Source: a bacterium (GTDB lineage: Bacteria; Margulisbacteria; Marinamargulisbacteria; SXXA01; JAHFDB01). Taken from it: a DNA stretch of 52,633 bases. The translations under genes and the position numbers were made by a program. This document shows, piece after piece, positions 50,211-52,633 of this stretch. Positions within the stretch are counted from its first letter, which is position 1; each line of letters begins with the position of its first letter. The notes below the pieces were generated by a model. The model had not been told where the DNA came from and did not search any database. It worked only from the letters and a program-made list of their open reading frames with translations. The stretch covers positions 1-52,633 of the forward strand of contig JAHFDB010000001.1 of NCBI GenBank assembly GCA_023249195.1. The letters are read 5' to 3'.

Positions 50211-50270
50211 AAAAGACTTTAGGTGGTGTTGCGTATGAGGTTTTTTGTAGTAGCCTTTTACTGAAACAAG

Positions 50271-52633
50271 CTAGAACAGTAACGTCCCCTTAATCACCAT
50301 TCCTGAAACATCATAACTTTGCTTGGCAGGTTTCGAATCGTCTAGGTAATCTGTTACTTTTTTCAAATACCCTTCTCCGGTAACCACCAGACTGTCTAAA
50401 AAGGGGCTATTGGTGAGAGGGATGTTAATGTTGATGCTTAATGTACCCACTTCGACGGCATCTTTTCTTTCTACAATTTGAGTTTTAATTTGATTCCCTG
50501 TGCCTTGTTCTGTGATTGTTTTATCAAGGGCGTTGAAGTCTCGGCCCCAGGTGTCATCACGCGAATAGGTGAGGTTTATTTGAAATCCCTGGAATTGGAT
50601 AGGGGTATAGGTCACTATTAAATTCCCTGCATACCCTCTGGAGGTAGTTCCTGATTGGTCATCCGTGAATTTTAGAGAATAGGTATATCCAACACTCAAG
50701 CCTGTGACAGGACGATACGTAGCCCCCGCAGAACCCACTGTTTGAGTGAATTGGCTATGTATATCAGGTGTAGACGACGGAGTGGCCACCTGATTGTTTT
50801 CAAGGACTTTTCTATAAGATGCGCTTCCGTTCAAAGAGAAAAATGAAAACGGTGTGAGGGTGGTTCCCAAAGTATAGATATCTTCTTTGCTATTTAAAAA
50901 ATCAATCGCATATAGGCTGTTTTTGTCGATAATGGCTTTGCGGATTGTGTTTAAATCTGTATTCAATGTCGGCGACCGATATTGTGTGGTTTCTGTCGAT
51001 TGAAAAGTGCCGTCAAAGCGAATAAACGAAAACGGAGCATAGCCTCCATTGATTTGAAAAACATCCCTATTCTTGAGCGTAGTCCCTAAATTTGAAGGGT
51101 TAATGTTACGGCTATAGTCTTCTTTGGTATTGGTATAGGTTCCTAACAGCGTCACAATATTAAATGGAGAAACCGAGCTCGTATATATTTGGCTTCGAAT
51201 AAGGCTGTTATCTTGAGAAATGCCCGCTCTTCGGATAGACGCAGTATTAATGGTGGGATAACGCTCTGACAAAATAACGTTGGTTTTGTCTTCCAAACTT
51301 TCTTGTGCAGACGCTGTTAGTTTTCCTAAGTTCAGTTTAAATAAAAAGGGAATCGGAATCACAATATCGCCAGGATTAAAGCTGAGCTGTTGGTTTCTTC
51401 TGAAATAAGGGGTTGAGTTGGTGGTGCGATTAGAAGTCCCACTGAAGGCCTGGTCGTCAGAAATAACAGAATAGCCTCTGTTTTCAAATCCATAACTGTA
51501 ATTAAACAGTTGCAAGAAAAAAAGCTTTGGAACAAACTCAAAACCACCTTCAGTTTTAGAGGAATTTGAATGGCTGGTGTTTTTAGAGGCAATCGAGGTT
51601 CCTTCTGTGTTTAGGTTATTTGAAAATTGAGTTTCATAGGCTATCGATTTTAAGGTTAATCCTTCAGGAAGCTCAAAAGTATTCAAGGAATACGCCGTTC
51701 GGTTACTATCAAATTGACGCTTTGAATTGTTTTCAAACTTTGTATTTTCGTTGCGTGAAAAGGTCAAAAATGAATTTCTAATCGGATTAAAAAAGGGAGA
51801 AGAGAGGTTTAAGCCTGTACTCGTTAAGGCCCCCATGGGGGTTAAGCGACTGATTTGATACGTCTTGCCATCTGTAATTTCCCCTTTTTGGTTAATCAAG
51901 GGGCTTTCAGACTCTCGATGATCCAAATTGAGACCGGTACTCAGCCATTGCGTAGGCGCATAGGACAATCCAAGAGATGAATTAGATAAAATACTTAGGT
52001 TTTCTGTGACTTGATTGATGGTCTTGGTTCTGACTTCGTCTCTAGAATAATCAAATTTTCCACTGAGGTTCTTAAAGGGCAGATAGCTTGAGCTTAATAC
52101 ATAGGTGGTGCGTGTAGAGTAGCTCCTGTTTTCTGTGGAAGGTAAGTTTGTTTGGGGGTTCGTAAAATGTCCACTGGTCTGTGATTTTCCATATTCAATG
52201 GCTGGCGCCAAAGAGGTGTCTCCCAGAAGCATCAACTGTTTAAGTGAGATTTTACTTTCGAGACGGGTTCTTTCCGTATCCGTAATAGACGGCGCATCAT
52301 TGTCGAGGTAATCATCAATCACCCTTCCGTAGCCTCGGGTAAGCGTGCTTCTGAAGGTGTCCGACCCAAAGGTAGCATCTCCCGTATACTCTAAAGTAAC
52401 CCGGTCGGTTGCGTGAGCATTATGCGTAACCGTGGTGTTGGATGGATCTGAAATTTCAAGAAAATATCGGGTAGTCTGACGGGTATCTAGCCATCCAAAT
52501 AAATTGATCTTTGCGCCCGTTCTCACATCGTCTGTGTGCAAAAGTGTATTGGCATTTTTATCGTTGATGCCTGTCACTTGATCGCGTCGATGATAGTCGA
52601 AAGACAGCGCATTGAGTTTATCGATCCTCCAAT
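50271..52633 (-). CDS. Large outer-membrane beta-barrel protein, 5' end outside window (family unassigned; LptD-like size)
   Basis: The frame is open to the window edge with no stop between 52578 and 52631. The sequence is S/T/N/Y/G-rich with alternating strand-like character over more than 780 aa and ends ...VIKGTLLF (terminal aromatic OMP signature). Confidence 0.6.
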   Translation of the reverse strand, partial: WRIDKLNALSFDYHRRDQVTGINDKNANTLLHTDDVRTGAKINLFGWLDTRQTTRYFLEISDPSNTTVTHNAHATDRVTLEYTGDATFGSDTFRSTLTRGYGRVIDDYLDNDAPSITDTERTRLESKISLKQLMLLGDTSLAPAIEYGKSQTSGHFTNPQTNLPSTENRSYSTRTTYVLSSSYLPFKNLSGKFDYSRDEVRTKTINQVTENLSILSNSSLGLSYAPTQWLSTGLNLDHRESESPLINQKGEITDGKTYQISRLTPMGALTSTGLNLSSPFFNPIRNSFLTFSRNENTKFENNSKRQFDSNRTAYSLNTFELPEGLTLKSIAYETQFSNNLNTEGTSIASKNTSHSNSSKTEGGFEFVPKLFFLQLFNYSYGFENRGYSVISDDQAFSGTSNRTTNSTPYFRRNQQLSFNPGDIVIPIPFLFKLNLGKLTASAQESLEDKTNVILSERYPTINTASIRRAGISQDNSLIRSQIYTSSVSPFNIVTLLGTYTNTKEDYSRNINPSNLGTTLKNRDVFQINGGYAPFSFIRFDGTFQSTETTQYRSPTLNTDLNTIRKAIIDKNSLYAIDFLNSKEDIYTLGTTLTPFSFFSLNGSASYRKVLENNQVATPSSTPDIHSQFTQTVGSAGATYRPVTGLSVGYTYSLKFTDDQSGTTSRGYAGNLIVTYTPIQFQGFQINLTYSRDDTWGRDFNALDKTITEQGTGNQIKTQIVERKDAVEVGTLSININIPLTNSPFLDSLVVTGEGYLKKVTDYLDDSKPAKQSYDVSGMVIKGTLLF

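Noticed and set aside
50163-50222. 19-aa ORF (MTKNTLLIFGMRFYLLKRL) in the rpiB/OMP spacer
   Set aside because: It has no SD and overlaps the terminator-like hairpin. It is likely a chance ORF in AT-rich spacer.

Overview
This is a 52.6-kb, very gene-dense chromosomal segment with about 50 CDS and 4 tRNAs. Many genes have overlapping or abutting stop/start codons. By eye the background is roughly 40-45% GC. The gene content suggests a diderm bacterium: two GT9 heptosyltransferase-like genes, an MsbA-like ABC exporter, a PorV-like and a very large beta-barrel OMP, MreB, a class A PBP and an SLT transglycosylase. I cannot assign a taxon from sequence alone. Most genes are housekeeping: yqeG-hisG-hisZ, recG, xerC-like, trpG-trpE, proA-proB-obg-rpmA-rplU, comEA, tyrS-ahcY, ychF, tlyA, proC, lemA/TPM, proS, mreB, PBP1A, trxB and rpiB. 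I see no rRNA, no CRISPR array, no complete mobile element and no defence system I can recognise. Several ORF-track entries are artificially extended at the N terminus because they read through co-oriented tRNA genes, and I trimmed them. The loci most worth a second look are these. (1) The orphan pair next to tRNA-Leu(TAG), 2832-6048. Its 530-aa protein has tandem EPIYA-like PVYALP tyrosine motifs, an Ala10 tract encoded by a (CAG)11 microsatellite, and a local ~65% GC spike, so it is a candidate host-targeting effector. (2) A 1150-aa seven-blade FG-GAP protein with a FlgD-Ig/T9SS-CTD-like C terminus, translationally coupled to a PorV-like barrel (6139-10715). (3) An orphan 526-aa protein (20592-22172) whose strand/acidic-residue pattern loosely resembles GS-like amidoligases. 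It shares an NL[ST]..EMAPH motif with the orphan at 4639. (4) An unannotated 28-aa bS22-like ORF (410-496). (5) Three tRNA genes lying 6-25 nt upstream of co-oriented CDS, and several -10-like hexamers 6-10 nt from start codons, which may indicate leaderless or processed mRNAs. All functional calls rest on motif recognition by eye. No database search was possible.
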